Positions 1 to 9,460 of a stretch of DNA of 33,959 nt are shown one piece after another (position 1 is the first letter of the stretch; each line of letters opens with the position of its first letter). The DNA is taken from positions 1 to 33,959 of the IMG/VR virus record IMGVR_UViG_3300012940_000062; one strand, written 5' to 3'. The position numbers and the translations under genes were made by a program. The stretch is from a virus (lineage: Duplodnaviria > Caudoviricetes). The notes beneath the pieces were generated by a model that was not told the DNA's origin, did no database searches, and saw only the letters and a list, made by a program, of their open reading frames with translations.

Positions 1-3000
1 CCGAAACCGTTCCAATGGCCCATTGCGTAAATGATGAAATAGGCGGCGTTCGCATAGTTGGCCTGGACGAGTTTCGAGAAGCTGTAGCGATTACCTGCCG
101 TGCCGTTGCCGACGACCGCGCCCGTGGAATCTGGATCATCGGCGAACGATATGCGCAATGCATCTGTATAGCCGCTCGATGTGTTGAAAACGCGGAAGAG
201 CACACCGGCACCGGCAAAGGTGCCACTCTCCAGTCTCACATCCGCTTCCAGCACCCACCACTGGCCTTGCTTGATGCGGCGGTCCGACGTCGACCCGACG
301 ATCTGCGAGGTATAACCGCTGACCCCGGCCTCCGAATATATCCACATCGCATAGGGGCTGGTCGTGCCCGCAGTGCGCGTGATGGTTCCGGAGGCATTGG
401 AGCGCCAGTCGTCGGCGCCGCCGGTCGCGTTCGAATAGGCCGAGAAATTCGGGTTCTTGACGGCGGTCGCCAGAGAGTTGGCGGCCTCCGTCCGGAGCGC
501 CGCCGTGATGGTTTCGCGCGATGCCGCCTCGGCCGCAATGGCCGTCGCCCGCGCCGCTTCCTCATCGGCGATGCGCGCTTTCAGCGCCGCATTGCCGTCC
601 GTCTCGCTGTTGACCGTGGCTTCGAGCGCCGTCGCCCTGTTCGCGAGCGCCGTGTCGCCGTTCGCGCGGGCGGTCTCTTCGGTCGCGATCCTTGAGCGCA
701 GCGTCTCGTTGGCGGTGGCGCCGGTGTTGACCGTCGCCTCCAGCGCGCTCGCGCGCGTGGCCAGCGCCGCTGTTTCGGCGACGCGGGCGGCTTCCTCGGT
801 CCGGATCGCAGCGAAGGTCGGATAGCCGTCGGACCGATCGTTGTAGGCGGTCGCCTCGCTCCCCTCCTGGAACATGAGCCGCGTGGCATACAGGCCGTCC
901 GGGTTCCATTTGCGGATCGATATGCGCGTCTTGGTCGTGCCCGCCGGAGCCACCAGCGCGACGGATTTGCGCTCGTCGCGCGCGGTCGGGAAGGTCAGCC
1001 AGACTTGCGAAAGGGCAACACCTGCGTCGTCCATGTGCTGGACGTAAACACGCGAATTGTTGTTGATGACGCCGCCGTCGATCAGGCCCTCATAGCTGAG
1101 AACGTAGGTCAATCCGGCCTGGACCGGCACTTCCTGCCAGATCGTGTAGTTATTGCCGTTGGGGTCGATCCGGGCGACGCTCCCGACCAGCGGCTCGAAG
1201 TCGGGATAGAACTGCGTCGTGTTGCCGTTCCAGTGGTTGAGACCGTCCCGAAAATCCGAGTTCATCAGCAGGTTCGGCGCATTCGCCGACAGCGCTTCCA
1301 GCGCCGACGTGCGGGTGGCGACCGACGTCCACTGCGTGTTCAGGTCGCCGATATCGTCGAAGATGGTCCCGACGTCGACAAGGATGCTGTCGATATCGAA
1401 CAGCACGTCCTCGACGGGCCGGTCGCCGACGGGCGTTCCCTCGGGGGCGCCGACCGTCGCGCCATCGTCGGGCTTGGGATGCTCGGGATCGTCATCGACG
1501 ATATCGGTCCAGCTGATCACCGTGCCCTGGCCGGGCGGCTGAAGCGGCGCCGCGGTGGACAATCCCTCGATCGTCAGCGAGCAGAGGCTGACGGTCTCGC
1601 CGATCTCGACCGAGAAATCACGGAAGAAGCCGTAGATCATGAGGCTGTCGAAATCGGCATTGCCGATCCACAGCGCCGGCGTGGCGCGCAGCGACGCCAT
1701 CCGCCGCACCTGCATGTCGACGGCCTCGGACGCGATCAGCGAGCGCAGTCCCATGCGCTTGGCCCATGCCCGCTCGACGAAGGTGGTGTTGCCGAAATCG
1801 TCGGTATTCTTCCGGCTATAGTCGTTGATCCCGACGCTGGGCGTGGTCTCCGCTACCCCCAGCGGCTCCAGCGGCCCCAGCAGAAGCGTGCCGACGCCCA
1901 CCGGATCGGAAGGCGATGCGCCCGCGATCGTCACCGTGACGAAGGTGACGGTGGGAATGTCGATATCGAGCAGCGCGATCGTCGACTGGCTGCCGTTCGC
2001 GATCGGCCGCGTCACGTCATAGCCGGTCGCCTCGACGCGCACGGTCGCGCCGGTCACATCGAGCAGCGCCAGACCCGAGATAGGCCCGTCGGTCTGGATG
2101 GTGACGGAAAGTTCGCCGGTCGCGGTGGTGAGCGTGCCGAGCGCCTGGTCGAACATCGCCCATCGGTTCGTCGGGCCGATATCCAGCCATTTGGCGCTGT
2201 CCGCCGTGGGATCGGCCCCGACATTATCGTCGACGAGGCTCTCCCATATGCGGTGCTGCCGGATGACCAGCGCCGTCTTCGCATAGGTGGTGCCGGCGTC
2301 CCATTGCGGATGATCGGCCTCGGCAACGCTGCTCGCCACCAGCATCGCGTCATCGATCGCCATGGGACGAAGCACGAACAGGTCGCTCGCGCCGTCGGCC
2401 GCAGGATCATCGGTGAGCAGTTCGCCGGCGACGCTGGGCAGCCCCTCGATCGTCAGCGTGCAGAAGGAGGCGGTGCCGATCTGCAGGTCGATCGAGAAAT
2501 CCTTGAAGCTGCCATAGGCGGTCAGCGCGTCGAAGCCGTCCTCGCCGATCCACAGCGTCGCCTGCGCGCGCAGGTCGGCCAGAGCGCGCTGCACCTGATC
2601 GACGACGGCCGATTCGATGCGCGAGCGCGCGGAGATCCGCTTCGCCCATGAGCGCTCGACCACCGTCGTCACCCCGAAATCGTCGGTCTCGCGGCGGCTA
2701 TAGTCGTTGATGGCGATGGTCGGCCCGGTAGCGGTGTCGCCAAGGTCGATCGCGGTCCCGCACACCAGCTTGCCGATCGCGACCTCGCCGCCGTCGAGCG
2801 ACGCGGTGACCATGACCGTCTGCCCCGCGAAGGCCGGCAGATCGATGAAGGTGGCGACCGTGGCGCCGGCAACTGCGACGGTGCGGTCATACTGGTCGGT
2901 GACGCCATCGGAGACGCGGACCCGCACGCTGTCGGCCGCGACATCGACAAGACCGAGCGCGTCGATCGCCGTCGGCGGTGCAATCGTGATCTCGATCGCA

Positions 3001-3272
3001 TCCTCATCGACCGTGCGCGGCCCGACGCCAGTCGCGAACATCGCCCAGCGATTGGTCGGGCCGACGTCGATCCATTGCCCGGTGCCCGCCGTCGGATCGT
3101 TGCCGGCATTGCCGTCGGCGGCACTTTCATAGACGCGGTGAACCGACGAGCGGATGACCCGCGCGCCCTGCACATAGGTGGTGCCGGCCGACCATTCGGG
3201 ATAGTCGGCCTCGGCGACGCTGCTGGCGGTCAGGATCGCGTCGGTGACCGCGATCGGGCGGATGACCTTCAT
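1..3272 (-). CDS. Large tail-tip/tail fibre protein, partial (>1089 aa, runs off left edge)
   Basis: ATG at 3272 overlaps the tape measure stop (ATGA). Hand translation stays open to the window edge (MKVIRPIAVTDAILTASSVAEADYPEWSAGTTY...NAAYFIIYAMGHWNGF). It has two tandem ~285-aa modules, then CBM-like segments (NLLMNSDF, VKNPNF) separated by coiled-coil repeats. Absent from the ORF track because it has no stop in the window. Confidence 0.88.
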   Translation of the reverse strand, partial: MKVIRPIAVTDAILTASSVAEADYPEWSAGTTYVQGARVIRSSVHRVYESAADGNAGNDPTAGTGQWIDVGPTNRWAMFATGVGPRTVDEDAIEITIAPPTAIDALGLVDVAADSVRVRVSDGVTDQYDRTVAVAGATVATFIDLPAFAGQTVMVTASLDGGEVAIGKLVCGTAIDLGDTATGPTIAINDYSRRETDDFGVTTVVERSWAKRISARSRIESAVVDQVQRALADLRAQATLWIGEDGFDALTAYGSFKDFSIDLQIGTASFCTLTIEGLPSVAGELLTDDPAADGASDLFVLRPMAIDDAMLVASSVAEADHPQWDAGTTYAKTALVIRQHRIWESLVDDNVGADPTADSAKWLDIGPTNRWAMFDQALGTLTTATGELSVTIQTDGPISGLALLDVTGATVRVEATGYDVTRPIANGSQSTIALLDIDIPTVTFVTVTIAGASPSDPVGVGTLLLGPLEPLGVAETTPSVGINDYSRKNTDDFGNTTFVERAWAKRMGLRSLIASEAVDMQVRRMASLRATPALWIGNADFDSLMIYGFFRDFSVEIGETVSLCSLTIEGLSTAAPLQPPGQGTVISWTDIVDDDPEHPKPDDGATVGAPEGTPVGDRPVEDVLFDIDSILVDVGTIFDDIGDLNTQWTSVATRTSALEALSANAPNLLMNSDFRDGLNHWNGNTTQFYPDFEPLVGSVARIDPNGNNYTIWQEVPVQAGLTYVLSYEGLIDGGVINNNSRVYVQHMDDAGVALSQVWLTFPTARDERKSVALVAPAGTTKTRISIRKWNPDGLYATRLMFQEGSEATAYNDRSDGYPTFAAIRTEEAARVAETAALATRASALEATVNTGATANETLRSRIATEETARANGDTALANRATALEATVNSETDGNAALKARIADEEAARATAIAAEAASRETITAALRTEAANSLATAVKNPNFSAYSNATGGADDWRSNASGTITRTAGTTSPYAMWIYSEAGVSGYTSQIVGSTSDRRIKQGQWWVLEADVRLESGTFAGAGVLFRVFNTSSGYTDALRISFADDPDSTGAVVGNGTAGNRYSFSKLVQANYANAAYFIIYAMGHWNGF

Positions 3273-6200
3273 GCCGCCGCCACCGTCGAGACCGCATTGC
3301 CGCCGCTGTCGGCCGTCACGTCCTCGAACTTGCGCTTGATGGCTCCGGTATTGCCCGCCGTCGCCGCATGGCCGCTGTTGTTCTCCTCGCGCAGCTGGGC
3401 GACCTCGGCCCGGAGCGCCTTCAGTTCGGCCAGCATGTCGTCATTGGCGGCCGAAGGCGTGGCGCCCGACGCCTGCGCTGCGGTCGCGGCGGCGGCGAGC
3501 GTGTCGGTGGTGGAAGCCGTGCCGGTGCCCGCGATCTGCTGGATGACCGAGTTCGTCGCCTCAAGGCTGGCCGCAATCTGCGCCTGCACCCGGTCAAGCT
3601 CCTGCCGGCTGGTCGCCTGCTCGGTCGCGGCCCGGATCAGCGCCTGCGACAAGCCGGGCAGCGCCTTCGCCATGTCCTGATCGCCGCCACGCGCCGCGGC
3701 GGTCGCGGCATTGAACTGGCCCATGAGCGACGCGAAGCTGCCGCCGTCACTCCCGCCGGTCAGGCCACGGATGCGCTCCACCTCGTCCATGATGCTGTCG
3801 CCGACCGACTGCCAGGCCTGCCGCAGCTGCTCGGCCGCCTGGGCGGCTTCCTGCGCGTCCTGAATGGCATAGATCTGTTCCTGCAGCGCGCGGTTGCTCG
3901 GATCGAGCTTCGCCAGATCGAGCGCCCGCAGCGCGGCGGTGTCGCCCTGCAGCTCGAGCAGCTTGCGCTCCAGATCCTGACGCTCGGCCAGAATGTCGGC
4001 CGCCGTCTTCGCGCCCTCCATGGACGTCTTCAGGTCGGCGAACGCCGGCGCCAGCTGGATCAGCGTCGCATAGGTCGCGCGGCCCGCATCCGTCGTCAGG
4101 TTCTGCGCCTCGACCAGCGCCCGGAAATCGTCGAGCGTGTCGGGCATGGCGAGGCCGAGGCTGTCGAACACCTTGGCGAACTGCGCCGTCTTCGCCGCCG
4201 CCTGTTCCGCCGGCGTGTAGAACGCCTCGAAATAGGACTGCACGGCGCTGGTCATCGCGCTCACGCTCTCGAACTGATCGGCCACGGCCATCTTGACGTC
4301 GATCGACATGCCGGTCGCGGCGATGCCGAGCTGGTCGAACGACGCGTTGACCGCCTCGACCACCGAGGCGACGCGCACCAGCGTCTCGAAGGCGCCCTCG
4401 CCGACCTGCTGGAACCGCTCGATGCCGGGGAAGGCGGCATTGGCCATCTTGTCGGCCGCTGCGCCGAACACCGCCGTCAGCTTTTCCTCGATCTCGTCGC
4501 CGGTCAGACCCTGCAGGTCGATCTTGCCGATGTTGACGACGAAATCGTTGAGGCGCTGCTGCACGTCTTCGGTGGCAGCTCCGAGCGGACCGGCCGCCGC
4601 CGCGATGGCGTCGTTGAACTGGCGCAGGATCAGCGTGAACTGGTTTTCCAGCTCCGGATCGGCATTGGCATATTGCGTGGAATATTTGGTCGACGTGGTG
4701 ACGCCGAGGAACTTCTTCTTTTTCTTGATGTCCGAATAATAGGACGCATCGAACCCGCCGGCGAGGATGTCTTCCAGCGACTGCGCGCCGCCGTAGAGAC
4801 CGCTGCCGACGACGCTGGTCTTGGTGCCGAACAGCGAACCGATGACGCTGCCGATGCCGCCGATGATACCGCCGATGATCGGGATCTTGGAGACGAGCCC
4901 GCCGCCGGTGATGATGCCTTCCAGCAGCTTGCCGGTGGTATCCTGGCTGAACCCGGTATCGATGCCGCCGGAGGCGTTGACGTTGCCGTTGCGCACGATG
5001 AGCCGCGCGAAATCGCCGATCTGGCTTTCGATCGACTTCAGCGACGCGGCCATCTCGCGCGACGTCGACAGCATCAGCGTGTCGACTTCCTTCAGGGCGT
5101 CGATACCCCGGCGGATGCTTTCGGACTTGGCGTCCGCGTCGCCCAGCACCGTGCCCGTGCCTTCGTTCGCCTTGGGCAGGTTGTTCTTGCCCCCGCCGAA
5201 GGATCCGGCGAGCGACACGCCGATCGACGCCAGGGCCGCGATGGTGGCGGCGCCGGCCGCGAGGTTCGCAGGGAACGGCAAAGAGGAAATGGCGGTAACG
5301 ACGGCCTCGACCGCCTTGCTCGCCGTGCGCGCGCCGCTCTTGGCGATCGACGATGCCGTCTCGACGGCATCCTGGGCGATGGCACGCACCGACAGGGCGA
5401 ACTCGACCGCGCGGAACGCCTTTTCAGCCGTTTCCAGCGCCTTGTAACCGTCCGATCCGGTCTTGAAGAAGCCTTTTGCGGCAACGGTCATGTCGCCATA
5501 GAGGCCAATCTGTGACGTTGCCTGCGCGATGGCGAATTTGGCGTTAGCTCGGTTGATCGCCGCCTCATCTGCCCCGGCAGCCTTGATTGCATCGAGACGT
5601 TGCCGATCAAGCCGTGTCCGGTTCGCCTCAAAGTTGGCATAGATGGCCGCCATATCCCCGATCGCCTGGCCGACGCTTCCGAACGCATCCGCCATGCCTT
5701 GCGCTGCGTTCTCGACGTTCCGCGCAATCAGATCCCATCGGTCGGCGGCATAGGAAAGGGCGTCGTTATAGTTGCGCTGGGCCTGCGCGTTTCGCTCCGT
5801 CTGAACAGCGATTTCCCGCTGGGCGGCCACATAGGCGGCAGCCTGCTCCGGATCATACGTCCGCGCCCGGGCCTCCTGAATGGCCTTCAGCGTCGCGAGT
5901 TCGATCGCGCGTTCGCTGTTGGTCGCGCCGATCAGCGACAGTTCCGCCCGCAGCATCTCCAGCTGGTCGTTCGCCGCGGCCATGTCACTGTTGAACTGCG
6001 CATCGGTCGCGGCCTTGCGGGCACGCTCCCGCTCCACGCGCTGATCGGCAAGTGCGGCCGTCGCCTTCTCGGCCTCGGTTTTCAGCCCGCGCTGCTGCGC
6101 GGCCTCGATCGCGGCGAGCAACGGCAGGTCGGCGATGCGCTCCTGCACAAGCTCGTTGGCGCGAGCGGCGGGAACGAGGCCGGCCGCGACCATGCCGTTG

Positions 6201-8014
6201 ACCGCCTCCTGTGCCGCCGCCTGATCGCGGGTGGCGGCAATATCCTTGGCGGCATCGGACACGCGCTGCGCCATGGCCAGCCTGATCTGCCGGTCGACGG
6301 CAGCATCAAGGTCGATCCGCTTCTTGATCGCATCGGTTTCCGCCTTGACGCGCGCCTCCGCGATCAGGGCTTCGGCACCGGAGACGCGATAGGCGTCGGC
6401 CAGCTTGTAGAGGCCTCGGATCTGCGCCTCGACGGCAGCCGCTTCCCGCGCCGCCCGTTCCGCCGCGCGGTCGTTTTTCGGCGTGCGATCCTTCCTGATC
6501 TCGTCCGCCTGCTTCTTCAGGTCCGCCAGCTTGTTGTCGGCGATCTGCTTGCGCACGTCGTCGCCGAACCGCTTCATGGACTCGTTGGCCTCATCGAAAG
6601 CGCCCTTGTAGGCATCGCCGACGTCCGACAGGATTTCATCGACGCCCTTGCCGGAGAACACACCCTTCACCACCTCGCCGATCGCGCGGAACGTGCCGAC
6701 GTAACTGGAGTAGAGCGCCGCCAGATAGTTGCGGCCCGCCGTCGTCATCCAGTCCATGGCCTCGCCGAAGAACTTGTTCATGCCCTTCAGGCTGATGCCG
6801 ACGCGCTCCGCGATGACCTGAAATGTCGCGGTGATGACGTCGCCGGTGTCGACTGAGGTATCCTTCAGCTTCTTGATCTCCTCGCGCGTCAGCCCGAGAC
6901 CGTCGACCATCGCCTTGGTGTCGATGCCGCTGGAAACCGACCGGCTGAACAGGGCGAACGCGCCGACTGCAACGCCAGCGACGGCGATGAACGGCGCGAA
7001 AGCCAGCGCGAGGCTGCCCAACTGCGCCGCGAAGCCCTTCACACCGCCTTCGGCCATCTGCGCGAGCTGGAAAATCTGGCCCGCCTGGCTGGCGAATATC
7101 TGCATCGGCGGCGCGCCCATCGCCGCCATGGTCGCCACGTCGTTTAGCTGGAACGAGAATTGCGTCATGATGTAACCGGACTTCGCGGCAACGCGTCCGG
7201 TGCCGTCGAGGGCGGAATCAAGCTGACGCAGACGCCCGGTCAGCACTTCCTGCTGGCGGGCATATTCCGCCTGCCCGGTCACGCCGGCGTAATAGAGGCG
7301 CGTGCTTTCGGCGATCTCTTCGTTGAGCCGCTTGGTGGCGGCATAGAGCGGATCGGTGGACATGCGCAGCCGCTCGGCCGCCTCGGCGTCCGCCATCTGC
7401 GCGGCATGGGAGCCGCGGACCATCGCTGCCAGCTGCGCATGTTCCCGCGCCGCCTTCGCGGCAGCATCGGCAGCGAGCCGGATCGAGGCGGCCTCCTGCG
7501 CGGCGGCAGCTTCGGCGCGCTGGGCGGCGATGGCCTTTTCCTCGGCCATCGCCTGGGCCTCCTGTGCCGCGCGGCGGGCTGCGGCGAACTCCTGATCGTA
7601 CAGGGCGGCTTCCTGCGCGCGCAGGCGCTGGGCCAGTTCGGTCAGGCCCTGCTGCTCGGCCGCCAGCGCGGCGGCCTCGACCTTCATGCCACGGATCTCT
7701 TCCCGGCTCTTCCCGAAGGTGGACGTCTGCCGCTCAAGCTGTCGGGACAGCGCCTCGCCGGCCTTCTCGACGCGGGCCAGTTCGCGCGCGGCCGCCTGCG
7801 CTTCCTTCGTGACAGCATTGCCGAAACTGCTGATGCTCGCGGTCGCACCGCCAAGGTCCAGCATGCCCGTGGTCGCGCGCTCGATCCTGGCGGCGTCGGC
7901 GACGATCTTCGCCTCCGCCGTATCCATGGCATTCTGCAGTTGGACGAGCTGATCGAAGGATCCGCCGGTATCGATAGCGAAGCCGACCTCAAGTGCCGGG
8001 CTGCCGTCATCCAT
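3269..8014 (-). CDS. Tail tape measure protein
   Basis: 1581 aa, Ala-rich and helical, with a TMP-type motif (QFSFQLNDVATMAAMGAPPMQIFASQAGQI). GGAGG RBS upstream. Lies downstream of the tail chaperones. Confidence 0.95.
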   Translation of the reverse strand: MDDGSPALEVGFAIDTGGSFDQLVQLQNAMDTAEAKIVADAARIERATTGMLDLGGATASISSFGNAVTKEAQAAARELARVEKAGEALSRQLERQTSTFGKSREEIRGMKVEAAALAAEQQGLTELAQRLRAQEAALYDQEFAAARRAAQEAQAMAEEKAIAAQRAEAAAAQEAASIRLAADAAAKAAREHAQLAAMVRGSHAAQMADAEAAERLRMSTDPLYAATKRLNEEIAESTRLYYAGVTGQAEYARQQEVLTGRLRQLDSALDGTGRVAAKSGYIMTQFSFQLNDVATMAAMGAPPMQIFASQAGQIFQLAQMAEGGVKGFAAQLGSLALAFAPFIAVAGVAVGAFALFSRSVSSGIDTKAMVDGLGLTREEIKKLKDTSVDTGDVITATFQVIAERVGISLKGMNKFFGEAMDWMTTAGRNYLAALYSSYVGTFRAIGEVVKGVFSGKGVDEILSDVGDAYKGAFDEANESMKRFGDDVRKQIADNKLADLKKQADEIRKDRTPKNDRAAERAAREAAAVEAQIRGLYKLADAYRVSGAEALIAEARVKAETDAIKKRIDLDAAVDRQIRLAMAQRVSDAAKDIAATRDQAAAQEAVNGMVAAGLVPAARANELVQERIADLPLLAAIEAAQQRGLKTEAEKATAALADQRVERERARKAATDAQFNSDMAAANDQLEMLRAELSLIGATNSERAIELATLKAIQEARARTYDPEQAAAYVAAQREIAVQTERNAQAQRNYNDALSYAADRWDLIARNVENAAQGMADAFGSVGQAIGDMAAIYANFEANRTRLDRQRLDAIKAAGADEAAINRANAKFAIAQATSQIGLYGDMTVAAKGFFKTGSDGYKALETAEKAFRAVEFALSVRAIAQDAVETASSIAKSGARTASKAVEAVVTAISSLPFPANLAAGAATIAALASIGVSLAGSFGGGKNNLPKANEGTGTVLGDADAKSESIRRGIDALKEVDTLMLSTSREMAASLKSIESQIGDFARLIVRNGNVNASGGIDTGFSQDTTGKLLEGIITGGGLVSKIPIIGGIIGGIGSVIGSLFGTKTSVVGSGLYGGAQSLEDILAGGFDASYYSDIKKKKKFLGVTTSTKYSTQYANADPELENQFTLILRQFNDAIAAAAGPLGAATEDVQQRLNDFVVNIGKIDLQGLTGDEIEEKLTAVFGAAADKMANAAFPGIERFQQVGEGAFETLVRVASVVEAVNASFDQLGIAATGMSIDVKMAVADQFESVSAMTSAVQSYFEAFYTPAEQAAAKTAQFAKVFDSLGLAMPDTLDDFRALVEAQNLTTDAGRATYATLIQLAPAFADLKTSMEGAKTAADILAERQDLERKLLELQGDTAALRALDLAKLDPSNRALQEQIYAIQDAQEAAQAAEQLRQAWQSVGDSIMDEVERIRGLTGGSDGGSFASLMGQFNAATAAARGGDQDMAKALPGLSQALIRAATEQATSRQELDRVQAQIAASLEATNSVIQQIAGTGTASTTDTLAAAATAAQASGATPSAANDDMLAELKALRAEVAQLREENNSGHAATAGNTGAIKRKFEDVTADSGGNAVSTVAAA

Positions 8015-8031
8015 GGGCGACCTCCAACATG

Positions 8032-8062
8032 AAAAGGGCCGCCCGGATCGTGCCGGGCGGCC
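8032..8062 (-). terminator. Putative intrinsic terminator directly upstream of the tape measure RBS
   Basis: Minus strand GGCCGCCCGG-CACGAT-CCGGGCGGCC followed by CTTTT: a 10-bp GC stem plus a short U tract. Confidence 0.6.
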
Positions 8063-8087
8063 TATGACTTAGCGCGGCGAGCGCGAA

Positions 8088-8474
8088 CTAGAACTTGGCG
8101 GCGGGAAATCCGCTGAACGGAGCGGCCTCGCAATGACCCTCAGCGTCTCCGATCAGACCAACGGGGCCAGATAGAAAGTATCGCCAATTGCCATCAGAAC
8201 GGTCCACGTAGTGCAAAGCTGTGGTCGATCCGGGGCGCCCTTGGACAGACTGGAAAACGATTCGCGCAGCATCAGCTGACTCGACGGTTTCCAGTGTCTT
8301 ACAATTGAAACGACAATAGACCATCTCGGAGAGATCCACGCGGTATCGCACCTCGTAGGGCTTCCATTTTCCGGCCGCCGACGTCCTCTGCTGCCCCTTG
8401 CACACCAGATCGAACTGATCGGCCGCCATCGCTGGCGTTGCCAGCAGGCTCAGGACGAGAAGAAAAGCACGCAT
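8088..8474 (-). CDS. Secreted/periplasmic accessory (moron-like) protein, 128 aa
   Basis: Signal peptide MRAFLLVLSLLATPAMA|A and four Cys. Inserted between chaperone and tape measure genes and followed by a terminator-like hairpin. Confidence 0.8.
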   Translation of the reverse strand: MRAFLLVLSLLATPAMAADQFDLVCKGQQRTSAAGKWKPYEVRYRVDLSEMVYCRFNCKTLETVESADAARIVFQSVQGRPGSTTALHYVDRSDGNWRYFLSGPVGLIGDAEGHCEAAPFSGFPAAKF

Positions 8475-8511
8475 ATCGAACCCCCTGCGACAGGGATCGA
8501 TACACTAAAGG

Positions 8512-8970
8512 TCATCCCAACACCATCTTGAGCCGGTCGACTTCGGTGTCGCGCTCCTGTCCCGTGACCTCCGCTCGCCATGGCGGCGGGCAATTCTCGC
8601 TCTCCGCGCGCCGGCCTTCGGCCAGATATTCCACCGACAACTTGCGGATGAGACGGGCTTCCCAGGGTGGAAGATGGATGCCGCTGAGCGACTGCCAGGC
8701 CATGATCGCCTGCCAGCTGAGCGGCGCCGCGCCCATGCCGGCCGCCTCGGTCAGACCGATCTCTATGAGGCGCTCGGTAATATGCGGGGCCGGGTTCGGC
8801 GGCATCGGCGGCACGATCTTGCGCCGCTTCATCGCTTCCATCCGGCTCACCGTCGGGGCGTTCCCCGCCTTCGCCCGCTTGGTCCGCTCATCCGGCCTGG
8901 GCGTGGCATTGAGCCACGCCAGATGTCGGACATAGAGCGTCAGTTCCCGGCCGAGCCGGGCTTGAAGTTT
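8512..8970 (-). CDS. Tail assembly chaperone, frameshifted extension (gpT-like part of a gpGT fusion)
   Basis: The -1 frame after the slippery site reads LQARLGRELTLYVRHLAWLNATPRP...VSRMEAMKRRK...MVLG and joins ORF 8512..8850. Confidence 0.8.
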   Translation of the reverse strand, partial: KLQARLGRELTLYVRHLAWLNATPRPDERTKRAKAGNAPTVSRMEAMKRRKIVPPMPPNPAPHITERLIEIGLTEAAGMGAAPLSWQAIMAWQSLSGIHLPPWEARLIRKLSVEYLAEGRRAESENCPPPWRAEVTGQERDTEVDRLKMVLG

Positions 8971-9359
8971 CCCCAGTCGCGCACCGCCTTCAGCACCTGC
9001 TGCGCCATGTAGCCCAGCTTGGGATCGGCGTAGAAGGCCGCGAACAGTTCGGCGCCCTGCTTGTCGGCAGCGGGCGGATAGGTGAAATTCTCGAATGCGA
9101 CCGTGATCGCAGCCAGATCCTCGGCCTGCTCGGCTGCGCGCTGTTCGGGCGGGGCGACGGCCATCTTGCCGTCATTGTCCTGCATGCGCTTGACGGCGCG
9201 GTTCGTCTGGCGCGCCTCGACCGCAGAGAACTGCTTGGAGCCGGGGCCATAGATGACGATGCGAACCGGCTTGCCGTCGGAATAGAGATACTCGCCGTCC
9301 GCCCCCTTGAGGTGGATGGGCGCCGTGTCGGCGACGGCCTGAGACGTAATGTCGAACAT
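8940..9359 (-). CDS. Tail assembly chaperone (gpG-like)
   Basis: 139 aa between tail tube and tape measure genes, AAGGA RBS, ends in W-G-N-F at an in-frame slippery heptamer. Confidence 0.85.
   Translation of the reverse strand: MFDITSQAVADTAPIHLKGADGEYLYSDGKPVRIVIYGPGSKQFSAVEARQTNRAVKRMQDNDGKMAVAPPEQRAAEQAEDLAAITVAFENFTYPPAADKQGAELFAAFYADPKLGYMAQQVLKAVRDWGNFKPGSAGN
8945..8973 (-). other. -1 programmed ribosomal frameshift signal
   Basis: In-frame G GGA AAC at 8973-8967, 6-nt spacer, then hairpin CCCGGC-TCG-GCCGGG. Confidence 0.8.
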
Positions 9360-9370
9360 GGATTATCCTT

Positions 9371-9450
9371 TCGCGGGAAGGTTGCACCGACCGCCCCGAC
9401 ACCCGCGATGCGCGGGACGGCCGATGCCTGTGATCCGGCCCGAAGCCGGA
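9371..9450 (-). promoter_or_regulatory. Structured 5' leader of the chaperone gene (hairpin plus possible pseudoknot)
   Basis: 14-bp stem 9427-9414/9397-9384 with G-U pairs. Loop TCGCGGG (9408-9402) is complementary to CCCGCGA (9377-9371) next to the SD. Confidence 0.55.
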
Positions 9451-9460
9451 ATGCTGGTGA

